Source of the DNA: an uncultured Candidatus Saccharibacteria bacterium | Lineage (GTDB): Bacteria; Patescibacteriota; JABMPQ01; JAQVVF01 | NCBI GenBank assembly: GCA_964574655.1 | Contig: CAZNOH010000001.1 | Location: 73,852-137,851, forward strand | Direction: 5' to 3' | Length of the DNA: 64,000 nucleotides | Part shown: one piece after another, positions 38,349 to 48,620 of the stretch | How the letters are laid out: each line of letters starts with the position of its first letter | Position numbering within the stretch: position 1 is the first letter of the stretch | Made by a program: the position numbers and the translations under genes | Notes under the pieces: model-generated | Databases searched by the model: none | The model's input: the letters and a program-made list of their open reading frames with translations, nothing else | Told to the model about the DNA's origin: nothing

Positions 38349-40151
38349 ATGAACGCTAGAAAATTTGTTGTTTTGTTTGGCTTGTTGATTTTTGGGATTG
38401 ATTCTGAAATTTTTGCCTCGCCAATTGAATTGTATGCTCCGTGGAGATCTGGACAGCGCTGGCAAATTGGCGGAGGCGGTAATTTTTATGGCGAGGGCTA
38501 TCATGTTGGATTGAGCCATTTCTGCGTTGATGTAAATGCTGTTGATTCTGATGACATGGGCCAAGATATTTTGGCTGTAGCAGACGGAGTTGTTTCGCAA
38601 GCATTTTTTAATGATGGCTATGGTTGGATGGTGAGAATTAATCATGCCAATAATACCCAAACTTTGTACGCGCATTTATTGGAACAGCCGTCTGTTTCTG
38701 TAGGCCAAAGAGTTTTGCGTGGTGATGCAATTGGAAGATGCGACAATACGCCAGGCATGCCTTTTTCTACTGGTTCTCATTTGCATTTTTGCTTATTCCA
38801 AAATGGAGCATCTGTTGAACCATCTCCAATTGAAGGGCATGATTTGTTCAATGGAATCATAATAACTTCAGGAAATTTTGGCCAGCCAAGATATTCGTGC
38901 GAGTATTATCGGCAGGATCCAGATGATTTAATAGAATTAAATCCAGATGAAGAAAAAGATTTTATTGTTGCTTTTAGAAATACCGGATCAAATTATTGGA
39001 GTAATGACAGAGAGAATGATAATTATGTTGAACTAAGATCTGTTAATCGAGATGGCGATATAATATCTAGTTTTTTGTGCCATGATTCTTGGTTGGGAAA
39101 TAATTGTCAAAGAGTAATCAGTCAAACAACTGCAAGAGTTTCATCTTCCGAGGTTGCTTGGTTTAGGTTTAAGGTTAAAGCAAGAGATGATGCTGAATTG
39201 GGTCATGAATATACTGTGTATTTTAGAATTTGGCATAAGTCAGCGGGATTTTTGAATGATTGGGCAGAAATGCATTTCAGAGTTGTTGTTAGAAGAATTG
39301 TTGAATGCCAAGTTGGTCAAATTGAAAAAAGACCTTGCGATTTTTGTGGTGAACAAATTAGACAATGTAATAATAGATTGCTTTGGACTGAATGGAGTCA
39401 ATGCGGATTGTTAGCTGGACTTGAATGTGAGTCTTTGCAATTTCAGATTCAATCTTGCGGACATTGCGGGACAATGAGAAGAGACTGTGATATTTCTTGC
39501 TTGTGGCTGGCTTGGGATATTTGTCAAGAAGCTGGAGTCTGCGAACCAAATCAGGTTGAAGAATTTGAATGTCCATATAATATAGGAGAGTGCAGAGTTG
39601 GCAGAGCAAGGCGAACTTGCGGACCGACATGTCTTTGGGCGAGTTTGACGGATTGCGTACCACAAGGCAGAAGTCCAGAAGTTTGTGATTTGAAAGATAA
39701 TGATTGCAATGGATTAATTGATGATGGAGCACATTGTAAACAGCAAGTCTTTAGATATTACTATAACAGGAATGGAGATGTAGCACATTTACTAAGGTTA
39801 GAAAATGATGGAGTAGACGGTTATAGATTTGAAGGCGAGAAATTTAAGACTTATCGAGAAAAGGTTGATGGTCGGTTGACTGAATTATGGAAATTGAAAA
39901 GAGCGAATCCGCGCGATCATTTTTATACGATTTCCGACAATGAAAGAGATGGAGCAAATAACTATGAACAAAAAGGAAATATTGGTTTTTGTGCAAGACA
40001 AGAAGTAGCAGGATCTGTGCCTTTATATAGATTATATAATAATCAAGCGACAGATCATTTGTATACAATAAGTAGAGATGAACGCAATAATGCTAGAGAT
40101 AATTTAGGCTATCAAACTGAAGGGATTGAATGTTGGGTTTGGCAACCGTGA
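38349..40151 (+). CDS. secreted M23 peptidase with Ig-like, Cys-rich and HxYT-repeat domains
   Basis: AVADGVV, YAHL, GSHLHF; Cys-rich centre with EVCDLKDNDCNGLIDDG; DHFYT/DHLYT C-terminal repeats. Confidence 0.8.
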   Translation: MNARKFVVLFGLLIFGIDSEIFASPIELYAPWRSGQRWQIGGGGNFYGEGYHVGLSHFCVDVNAVDSDDMGQDILAVADGVVSQAFFNDGYGWMVRINHANNTQTLYAHLLEQPSVSVGQRVLRGDAIGRCDNTPGMPFSTGSHLHFCLFQNGASVEPSPIEGHDLFNGIIITSGNFGQPRYSCEYYRQDPDDLIELNPDEEKDFIVAFRNTGSNYWSNDRENDNYVELRSVNRDGDIISSFLCHDSWLGNNCQRVISQTTARVSSSEVAWFRFKVKARDDAELGHEYTVYFRIWHKSAGFLNDWAEMHFRVVVRRIVECQVGQIEKRPCDFCGEQIRQCNNRLLWTEWSQCGLLAGLECESLQFQIQSCGHCGTMRRDCDISCLWLAWDICQEAGVCEPNQVEEFECPYNIGECRVGRARRTCGPTCLWASLTDCVPQGRSPEVCDLKDNDCNGLIDDGAHCKQQVFRYYYNRNGDVAHLLRLENDGVDGYRFEGEKFKTYREKVDGRLTELWKLKRANPRDHFYTISDNERDGANNYEQKGNIGFCARQEVAGSVPLYRLYNNQATDHLYTISRDERNNARDNLGYQTEGIECWVWQP

Positions 40152-40340
40152 CACAAATTTTATACAAATTTAAGACAGATTTTACACAAATAACACAAAT
40201 ATAAAAATAAAAAATTGCTCTTTTTGAGGCTAACTGAATTAAGTTAGCTTTTTTGTCTGTTGATAACTTTCTTGTGGGGGGGGTTATATATGTTAGGTTT
40301 AAGTTAAAGAAATTTTTATAAAAAAATAAAATTTAAAAAC

Positions 40341-42842
40341 ATGAGAAAGTATTTATTAACAAGTTTTTTTTGTGCTGTGTTTTTGTTGTTAGGTATTTTG
40401 GGAATAACGAAAACAAGTTTAGCTACTGATGGAACTTGGAGCGCAGTCAGCGCAGGAATGAATGGCGGAATTAATTCTTTGGCAGTTTATAACAGCGAGT
40501 TGTATGCTGGTGGCAGTTTTACAACTGCTGGCGGTACAACAACTAACTATATTGCTAAGTGGAATGGCTCATCTTGGAGCGCAGTTGGCTCAGGGGTAAA
40601 CGGTGAAGTAAACTCGTTAGCAGTTTATAATAATGCATTGTATGTTACTGGCAGTTTTACATCAGCTGGTGGTAGTTCTGCTGTTCGTATTGCCAAATGG
40701 GATGGCTCATCTTGGAGCGCGCTTGGTTTAGGAATTGGAGGCGAAGGCTATTCTTTAGCAGTTTATAATAATGAATTATATGTCGGTGGCAATTTTACAT
40801 CTGCTGGCGGTCTTGTTAGAAATTATATTGCTAAATGGAATGGCAGTACTTGGAGCAAAGCTTATGATATTGTAGAGCCGAATTCAACTGTCAATGCTTT
40901 AACAGTATACAACAGTGAGCTATATGTTGGCGGAGCTTTTTCAAATATTGGAGCAAATATTTCTAAATTGACTGTTACAGGCTGGCAGGCATTGAGTTCA
41001 GGCACTAATGCTTCTGTTTTATCATTAACATCGTATAACAGTAATGTTTATGCTGGAGGCAATTTTACAACTGCTGGTGGTACAGCAACTAACTATATTG
41101 CTAAGTGGACAGAAGCGACTCCAACTCCAGCGCCAACAGTTGTTGAAATACAACAACAGAATTTAGTTGATGGAAAGAAAGTAAAACTAAAAAAAGCATT
41201 AAAAAAGCAAACAATATCTGGTCAAGACTTAAAATTGAATTTCAAAAAACTGCCAACGAAATTAACAAAAGGCAGCAAGTATTATATGAAATGGAACAAG
41301 AATGAAAAATATCCAAAAAATGTTATAAAAGTCAAGAAGATGGCGATGAAAAAAGTATGGAATTTGAAGACTGACTTGAAAAAATACAAGGCAAAAAAGA
41401 AAAAAGATAATTACAAGATTAAAGTGACATTTCAATATACTGATGCTGAGTTTGAGGCGATGAAGAAAAAGAACAAAAAGCTGAAAGAAGAAGAATTGGC
41501 ATTGTATGCAAAAAAGAAAAGAGATACAGAATGGAGAATTGCTAGTGAAATGTATTCAAATGCTGATGTTGAACATGATGCCGAAAACAACGCTTTTATT
41601 TTTTACACAACAAATCTTTTAACTTCAACTCTTTTAACTTCAACTGTTACATCTTCTGATCCATTAACTGCCAATTTTGATTTTATGATTGCTGATGCGG
41701 GTTGGGAACCAATGGGTTCGGGAATTAATAATGGTACTATTAAGGATATGCAGTTTTATAAAGGTAACTGGTATGTAGGAGGTCATTTTAATATTGGAGG
41801 AGAATATAATCTTGCTAAATGGGAACATGGTACATGGACAGCAGTGGGTGGTGGAATTGGAGCTAGATTTGGTGTTGTAAATGCTTTGGAGGTTTATCGT
41901 AATGAACTTTATGTAGGTGGAACATATTATAATGATCAAGGTAATGAAGCCGATTATGGTAATCTTAGAATCTGGGATGGTAGACGCTGGAAACGCGGGG
42001 ATATTTTAAGGATTATAAAAGGTCGACCGAGATCCCAACCCAGTGTAACATCGATGTTGGTTCATAATAATGAACTTTATGTTGGATTTGCAGAGAGTTG
42101 TGTAAGAAGGGGAACACCTCATCATTTCGAAGTAGAAAACTCACCCGTTGCTGCTTGGAATGGTGCTAGTTATAGTTGGAGAACTTTTCCTGTTCGTGTA
42201 GATTTGTGTAGGGGCTCGTTGGGTCGTCCTGACCTGGTTCAGGTTGGGTCTATTCAGTTTTACCAGGACCAACTTTATATGATTGGTAATTTCGCTTTTG
42301 TGCATTATCGTGGAGATAACATTGGAAATGCTTATTATACTATGGGCATAGCAAAATGGGGTGGTACTGATCTTGGACATATTGGTTGGGAATCAGTAGG
42401 AACACTTAATGATAGTCCTTTTACTAATACTAATCATATAGATCCTAATACTCATATTGATAGTCCGCTTGCGACTGTTGCTGCTGTTTGGCAAAATAGA
42501 TTATATGTAGCAAGTTCAAATTTAAATAATGGAGTTAGGATGCACTCTTTTGATGGTTCAAACTGGGAAGAAGCTGGAGGTTTGGGATTAAATGATAACA
42601 ATATTATAAGATCAATGTTGGTTGATAAATGGGATGGAAATTTGTATCTTGCTGGAGATGGATTTTTTGGGAAATTACAGGAGTTTTGGGATTATGAATT
42701 TCTGTTTGATTGGCCGGGAATGACAAGATTTAATGTTATTAATCAGTCGTTATCTGGTTTATATATATATGCAGGTGGTAACTTTACGGATGTCGGTGGA
42801 TTACCAGCAAATCGTATTGCAAGAAAAAATCTTAGTCGTTAA
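40341..42842 (+). CDS. secreted/surface beta-propeller repeat protein
   Basis: Repeats of LAVYNxELYxGGxFTxAGG...IAKWxGxxW; central Lys-rich domain. Confidence 0.8.
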   Translation: MRKYLLTSFFCAVFLLLGILGITKTSLATDGTWSAVSAGMNGGINSLAVYNSELYAGGSFTTAGGTTTNYIAKWNGSSWSAVGSGVNGEVNSLAVYNNALYVTGSFTSAGGSSAVRIAKWDGSSWSALGLGIGGEGYSLAVYNNELYVGGNFTSAGGLVRNYIAKWNGSTWSKAYDIVEPNSTVNALTVYNSELYVGGAFSNIGANISKLTVTGWQALSSGTNASVLSLTSYNSNVYAGGNFTTAGGTATNYIAKWTEATPTPAPTVVEIQQQNLVDGKKVKLKKALKKQTISGQDLKLNFKKLPTKLTKGSKYYMKWNKNEKYPKNVIKVKKMAMKKVWNLKTDLKKYKAKKKKDNYKIKVTFQYTDAEFEAMKKKNKKLKEEELALYAKKKRDTEWRIASEMYSNADVEHDAENNAFIFYTTNLLTSTLLTSTVTSSDPLTANFDFMIADAGWEPMGSGINNGTIKDMQFYKGNWYVGGHFNIGGEYNLAKWEHGTWTAVGGGIGARFGVVNALEVYRNELYVGGTYYNDQGNEADYGNLRIWDGRRWKRGDILRIIKGRPRSQPSVTSMLVHNNELYVGFAESCVRRGTPHHFEVENSPVAAWNGASYSWRTFPVRVDLCRGSLGRPDLVQVGSIQFYQDQLYMIGNFAFVHYRGDNIGNAYYTMGIAKWGGTDLGHIGWESVGTLNDSPFTNTNHIDPNTHIDSPLATVAAVWQNRLYVASSNLNNGVRMHSFDGSNWEEAGGLGLNDNNIIRSMLVDKWDGNLYLAGDGFFGKLQEFWDYEFLFDWPGMTRFNVINQSLSGLYIYAGGNFTDVGGLPANRIARKNLSR

Positions 42843-43157
42843 AATGTTTTGGATAATTACTTGTAAAAAGATTAAGACGGATTTGAAAAAGTTCACTTTC
42901 GTCTCCCTTTTCGGGGGAGACTTTGGTGAATAAGTCCGTCTTTTTTTGTTTGCTGAAGACGCTCGGCTTTTTCCGGAGAAAGCCGAGCGTCTTTAAATTT
43001 TTTTGGTTGTAAAAATGTTAAATTGTGGTATAATTAGGATAGTTTGGATTTCAGAAATGTCTTGGCAATCGTCTATCATTCGTCTATTTTTAGTCTATAG
43101 AAATTCATAAAAAGCTTATGTTCAAGCCAAAATTTAAAAAATAAATTATTTAATTTT

Positions 43158-43319
43158 ATGTCAAAAAAAAATAGGGAAGAAATCGAAAAAAAATATTTTG
43201 GGGAGTTGCAATTTCCTAAAGATAGGCCTGCTTTTAAATTTGATGAAGCTTTAAGAAAGGCAGCAGAGGATGCCAAAAAAGCTATTGAATTGGAGGAGAA
43301 ATATGCTAGACAAAGTTAA
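43158..43319 (+). CDS. 53-aa putative antitoxin-like protein
   Basis: MSKKNREEIEKKYFGELQFP...; its 3' end contains a GGAGGAG SD and overlaps the start of a PIN fragment. Confidence 0.45.
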   Translation: MSKKNREEIEKKYFGELQFPKDRPAFKFDEALRKAAEDAKKAIELEEKYARQS

Positions 43320-43505
43320 ATATAAGCACCTTATTATTGATACTAATATAATTATTGAAGCAACGAGGCATTATGATGAATTCAAATAACGATCATTTTT
43401 CGACTAAATTGTTTGATAGAATAGGTATCTATACAATACCAACAGATAATAAGATATTTAATATTAGAATATATAAGTTTTCGGAAGTGAAATACAATGG
43501 ATTAA
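43303..43505 (+). pseudogene. truncated PIN-domain gene
   Basis: MLDKVKYKHLIIDTNIII then stop at 43389; downstream out-of-frame DHFSTKLFDRIGIYTI remnant. Confidence 0.5.
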
Positions 43506-43691
43506 AGAATCGATTTGTAAGAATAAAAAAATAATAAAAAATTTTCAAACGAATATCTAAAGTTCGTTTTTTGTTATTTTGTGCTAATAATTTAGTAAAA
43601 GCAAATTTTTATAAGTATTATGTTGATAACTTTTATTCTATTAATGTTATAATAATATAAAGAAAAAAATTATAAAAAATAAACTAAAAAA

Positions 43692-44171
43692 ATGAAAAAA
43701 ATTGTTTTTTCAAGCATTATGTTTTGTCTATGTTTTGTTTTGGTGTCACCAAATTTTGCTGATGCCAAGACTTTTAAGAATCATTTGAATATGATTGGTA
43801 ATTATTTGAATCAGGCAAGATATGGTCAATTAGTAAATTCTTATGCTAATTCAAGAAATACTGGTTATTTAATCGGTACTTTTATGTCAGAAGGTCATTA
43901 TTATCCAAAAAGTATTTTGAAGAATGAAATAAAGCAAACTGATTATTTAGTATTGCAGAAAAAGATTTTGACAAAAGATCAATGGAATAATTATTTTACT
44001 AAAGTTAAGGCAAGAAAAAGAGGAATAGTAATTACTCAAAAAGTACCAACCAGCAGTTTAAGTCCCGAAGCTGTTATTTTTCAAGTTATTAAGAAGAATA
44101 ATGGCATTGTAACTTTGAGAGGTTATTTGGAATCTCAAGTTGAGACATTAGAGTTTTTCGGATTATTATAA
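43692..44171 (+). CDS. secreted hypothetical protein
   Basis: Signal peptide ending ADA. Confidence 0.7.
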   Translation: MKKIVFSSIMFCLCFVLVSPNFADAKTFKNHLNMIGNYLNQARYGQLVNSYANSRNTGYLIGTFMSEGHYYPKSILKNEIKQTDYLVLQKKILTKDQWNNYFTKVKARKRGIVITQKVPTSSLSPEAVIFQVIKKNNGIVTLRGYLESQVETLEFFGLL

Positions 44172-44210
44172 AAAAAGGTAAAAAATAAGATTAAAAAGTA
44201 AGAAAAATAT

Positions 44211-46997
44211 ATGGCGAACAAAATAAAATTTTTATTATTTTCCGTTTTGGTGATATCTTGTGTTTTGTTAGTTTCTAATTTGGTTTTAGCGGCTGATGAG
44301 TATGTGCCTGATGAAATCATTGTTAAGTTAAATGAAAATGTGGCGACAACTGCGGAAAGCGCTGGCAAGATAGCTCAAGGTTTTGGAGCAAGTGTAGATA
44401 GAGTTGATACTTCGTCTGAATTTATGGTTTTGAAGTTGCCGACAACGGCAACAGTTGATCAGGCATTAGCGTATTATAATAATAAGAAGTTGCGACCGGA
44501 AGTGGAATATGCAGAGCCGAACTATATTTATCATGCTAGCTGGGCTCCGACGACTGATCCGAATTATCAATATCAATGGCATTTTCAAACGATAAGCTTA
44601 CCGCAAGCTTGGGACTATGATACAACGTTGCCTTTGCATGGCGGAGATTCTTCTGTTGTGGTGGCAGTTGTTGATACTGGTGTTGCTTATGAGAATTGGG
44701 ATATTTATTCTAAAGCAACTGATTTTACAGGCAGTTATCCGGCTTTTACATCTGGTTATGATTTTGTGAATAATGATGCTCATCCGAATGATGATCAGGG
44801 ACATGGAACTCATGTTGCGAGTACAATTGCAGAAAGTACTGATAATGGGGTTGGCGGAGCAGGAGTTGCTTTTAATTCAACAATAATGCCAATAAAGGTT
44901 TTGAATAGCGCAGGTAGCGGGCAAAGCGATTGGATTGCTTCTGGCATAACGTATGCCAAGGATCATGGTGCGCAAATACTAAACATGAGTTTGGGCAGTA
45001 CGAGTTATTCTCAAGTAATTGCTGATGCGGTGACAGGTGCGTCAAATGCTGGAGTTGTCATGTTCGCTGCAGCAGGGAATGGAGGAGGAGATGGCGTAGG
45101 AGATGCAGAATTGGATTATCCAGCTAGGCTATCTCAAGTAATTTCTGTTGGATCAACAAGATATCATAATAATCTAAGATCTTCTTTTTCAAATTATGGA
45201 ACTGGTCTTGATTTGGTAGCGCCTGGTGGGCAAACTGATGAAGGTTATTTTAATGGTTTTTATGGCTGGGGTTTGAGCAATTATGCTACTTTGTCTGCTT
45301 GTGTAACTGCAGTTTGGTTAAATTATGGCGTGGCAGATCCAAATTTATGTTCCGGCGATGGAATTGTTCAGCAAAGTTTTGCATCATTTTTTGAACCAGA
45401 TTATTATACTGGTTATACTACATTTGCAAATTGGCCGATTAATGGAACATCGCAGGCAACTCCGCATGTTGCAGGAACAGCAGCGCTTTTGAAAGCGTAT
45501 GGCGTTCCAAATAATAATATCAGATCAATTATTGATAATTCAGCAACTGATTTGGGATCAAGCGGTTATGATACAGAATATGGCCATGGACTTTTGAATG
45601 CAGCTAATGCTTTTACTTTTCCAACTATAAAATCTTTATCAGCATCTTCAGCTGATAATTCAGAGAATACAAATATTACAGTAACTGGAACTAATTTTAC
45701 GGCAGGAGCAACTATGGCAATTGGAACAACCTCCATGACAAATGTCAGTGTTACCAATAGTACAACAATTACAGCAACAGTGCCAAAACATATTTCGGCT
45801 GGGACTTATGATCTTTCAGTAACTTCTAATGGAAAAACAACTTCAGCATCTAGCGTTTTTACAGTTTTGAATTCTGCTCCTGATGATATTTCAAATTTAA
45901 GAATGATTGTAAAAAATGGCAGTGTTTATTTTAAATGGAAAAATCCGACAACCTGGGATTTTGAAAAGGTAAAAATATTAAGAAAAAATAAATCATTTCC
46001 GACAAGTTATGCTGATGGCAAGAAAGTTTTTCATAAAAAGAAAACGAGCTTTACTAATAAAAATTTAAATTCGAATAAAAAATATTATTATAAAATATAT
46101 ACTTATGATACAGCTGGCAATTATTCATCTGGCGTGCCAGTGGTAATTGTGCCAAAAACTAATTCTGTAGTTTCAGAAAATTCTAATAATTATTCGGCTA
46201 TTGGCGATGTTAATGCTGATGGCTTGGATGAAATAATTGTTGGCGCGAAAAAGGGCCATGATCCTAAGATTTTTATTACTGATAAAAATGGCAAGAAATT
46301 ATTTAAGAAAAATGGTTTTTATCCGTTTGGAAGTGGTAAGAGCAATTGTGGTGTAAATGTGGCAGCTGGAGATTTGAATATGGATGGAACTGACGAAATT
46401 ATTGCAAGCCAAGGATCTCCATGCAAGTCAAGAGTCAAAGTTTTTAATAAATCAGGAAAAGCTAAATTCAAGAAAAAAGGTTTTAAACCTTTCAAAAAAG
46501 CTGTTGGCGTAACAGTTGCATCAGGTGATTTAGATGGAGATAATTATGATGAAATTATAGTTGGCCAGGAAAAAGATTCGGCAAAGATTTATACTTATAA
46601 ATTATCAGGCAGTGATTTTGTAAAAACTTTTAAAACAAAAGGATGGAAAGCTTATTCTAATAATAGTGGAGTCAGATTAAATAGCGGAGATTTAGATTTT
46701 GATGGCAAAGATGAGATTGTAGCAATTCCAAATTCTGGAAAAAAGGAGATTAGAGTTTTTAATAAGAATGGTAAAAAGAAATTTAAATCTTTGGGCTTTC
46801 AACCGTATGCTAATTATTCCAATTATATGAGAGTGTTTGTTGGCGATGCTAATAATGATGGTTATGCAGAAATTTTGACAGCTTCTTTAGCAAACGCTAC
46901 AATAGACGCATGGAGCTATAAAGGACAGAACAGAGTTCCAAAGATTGCTGATAGATATGCTCTGGGAAGCAAAGAGTTTGTGGTTGGCAGGTTTTGA
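44211..46997 (+). CDS. S8 subtilase with IPT/TIG, FN3-like and FG-GAP/VCBS repeats
   Basis: VDTG, HGTHVA, NGTSQATPHVAG; GDxxxDGxDEI repeats. Confidence 0.92.
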   Translation: MANKIKFLLFSVLVISCVLLVSNLVLAADEYVPDEIIVKLNENVATTAESAGKIAQGFGASVDRVDTSSEFMVLKLPTTATVDQALAYYNNKKLRPEVEYAEPNYIYHASWAPTTDPNYQYQWHFQTISLPQAWDYDTTLPLHGGDSSVVVAVVDTGVAYENWDIYSKATDFTGSYPAFTSGYDFVNNDAHPNDDQGHGTHVASTIAESTDNGVGGAGVAFNSTIMPIKVLNSAGSGQSDWIASGITYAKDHGAQILNMSLGSTSYSQVIADAVTGASNAGVVMFAAAGNGGGDGVGDAELDYPARLSQVISVGSTRYHNNLRSSFSNYGTGLDLVAPGGQTDEGYFNGFYGWGLSNYATLSACVTAVWLNYGVADPNLCSGDGIVQQSFASFFEPDYYTGYTTFANWPINGTSQATPHVAGTAALLKAYGVPNNNIRSIIDNSATDLGSSGYDTEYGHGLLNAANAFTFPTIKSLSASSADNSENTNITVTGTNFTAGATMAIGTTSMTNVSVTNSTTITATVPKHISAGTYDLSVTSNGKTTSASSVFTVLNSAPDDISNLRMIVKNGSVYFKWKNPTTWDFEKVKILRKNKSFPTSYADGKKVFHKKKTSFTNKNLNSNKKYYYKIYTYDTAGNYSSGVPVVIVPKTNSVVSENSNNYSAIGDVNADGLDEIIVGAKKGHDPKIFITDKNGKKLFKKNGFYPFGSGKSNCGVNVAAGDLNMDGTDEIIASQGSPCKSRVKVFNKSGKAKFKKKGFKPFKKAVGVTVASGDLDGDNYDEIIVGQEKDSAKIYTYKLSGSDFVKTFKTKGWKAYSNNSGVRLNSGDLDFDGKDEIVAIPNSGKKEIRVFNKNGKKKFKSLGFQPYANYSNYMRVFVGDANNDGYAEILTASLANATIDAWSYKGQNRVPKIADRYALGSKEFVVGRF

Positions 46998-47051
46998 TTT
47001 CGCAGAAAACGTAGAAGTCTAAAAAATTTAAATAATATTAAATAAAAAATT

Positions 47052-48542
47052 ATGAGTATGTTGAGACGGACTAATGTCCTTTGGAGTTTGGTTATTATGT
47101 TTCTAGTAATTTTTGGAGTGGGAATTTTTGGTTTAAATTTTGCCAAGGCTCAAGATAATAATTTGGGTTATAGGCCTGATGAAGTGGTTGTGAAATTTAA
47201 AAAAGGTTTTGAGCCATTATCGGGAGGAAGTCTAGGCAGTGATTTAGGAATGATCGTTAAAAAAAGAGGATTGTCAGGTTATTTGGTTTTGCAGGTGCCT
47301 AAAGGTGGATCAGTAGAAGAGATGATTGCTAAGTTAAAAAAAGATAAACGGGTAAAATATGTTCATCCAAATTATGAAGGGACATTGGCTTGGAAACCGA
47401 ATGATCCTTATTATCCAGTGCAATGGAATTTTGACAAAAATCATTTGAACATGGAAAAGGCTTGGGGGAAGACAAGGGGCAAGAGCAGTGTTAAAGTTGC
47501 TATTGTTGATACTGGAGTTGCTTATGAAAATTATGGTATTTATGGCAAGGCTCCAGATTTGGCTAATACAAAATTTGTTTATCCTTATGATAATGCAGTT
47601 GATTATTACGGAACAGTTGATTATCATGCCAATGATGACTATGGCCATGGAACGCATGTAGCTGGAACAATTGCTCAGAGCACAAATAATTCAAAGGGCG
47701 TGGCTGGTGTTGCTCCTAGCATATCAATTATCCCGATTGATGTTTTTTATTCAACTGGAACAACAGATTCTTCGAATGTTGCTGATGGAATTTATTGGGC
47801 GATTAACCATGGAGCCAATGTGATTACAATGAGCTTGGAATTTCAATATCCAGTAGAAGTTGTTGAAGAGGCGATTCAAACAGCAAATGATCATGGCATA
47901 TTAGTAACTGTTGCTGTTGGCAATGGCAAAAGGCCTTGGCCATATGGCGATGGTATTGATTCAACAGGTGATGCGTCATTAGCTTATCCGGCGACGTATA
48001 AAGAATCTTTTGCAGTTGGCGCAACTGATTATGCTGATATTCGTTCTTATTATTCTAATTATGGCAACAATTTGGATATGATGGCGCCAGGCGGAGATAT
48101 TTATGCTGACTTGAATAATGATGGCTATTTGGATGGAATTTTACAGCAGACTTATACTGATCCAACAACAAGTTATAAGAATTTTTCTTTGCAATTATAT
48201 CAAGGAACATCAATGGCGACTCCGCATGTGGCTGGAGTAGCAGCATTATTGTTTTCTCAAGGAAAAACTTTTTCTCAAGTTAAAAAAGCTTTGAAAAGAA
48301 CTGCAAAAAAAAGTATGACAAATTATAGTAATTTTGAATATGGCGCTGGTCGTTTGAATGCTGGAAGCGCTTTAAGTTATAAATTCTGTTCTAATAGTTC
48401 TTTGAAGATATATCAAAGCAATGTTTCAAAATATAAAAAATTGATGAATCAATATAAAAAAGGCTCTACTAAATATGATAAATACAAAGCCTTGAAGAAA
48501 AAATGGGCAAAAAAAGTGACGTGGTGCAAAAGCCACATTTAG
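47052..48542 (+). CDS. S8 subtilase
   Basis: VDTG, HGTHVAG, GTSMATPHVAG; paralog of the upstream gene. Confidence 0.92.
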   Translation: MSMLRRTNVLWSLVIMFLVIFGVGIFGLNFAKAQDNNLGYRPDEVVVKFKKGFEPLSGGSLGSDLGMIVKKRGLSGYLVLQVPKGGSVEEMIAKLKKDKRVKYVHPNYEGTLAWKPNDPYYPVQWNFDKNHLNMEKAWGKTRGKSSVKVAIVDTGVAYENYGIYGKAPDLANTKFVYPYDNAVDYYGTVDYHANDDYGHGTHVAGTIAQSTNNSKGVAGVAPSISIIPIDVFYSTGTTDSSNVADGIYWAINHGANVITMSLEFQYPVEVVEEAIQTANDHGILVTVAVGNGKRPWPYGDGIDSTGDASLAYPATYKESFAVGATDYADIRSYYSNYGNNLDMMAPGGDIYADLNNDGYLDGILQQTYTDPTTSYKNFSLQLYQGTSMATPHVAGVAALLFSQGKTFSQVKKALKRTAKKSMTNYSNFEYGAGRLNAGSALSYKFCSNSSLKIYQSNVSKYKKLMNQYKKGSTKYDKYKALKKKWAKKVTWCKSHI

Positions 48543-48620
48543 ACAATAACAAAATAACTAAATTCTAAATAACAAAAAGACGAGCGTTGCTCGTCTTTTT
48601 AAATTATTGAGAATAGTGAT

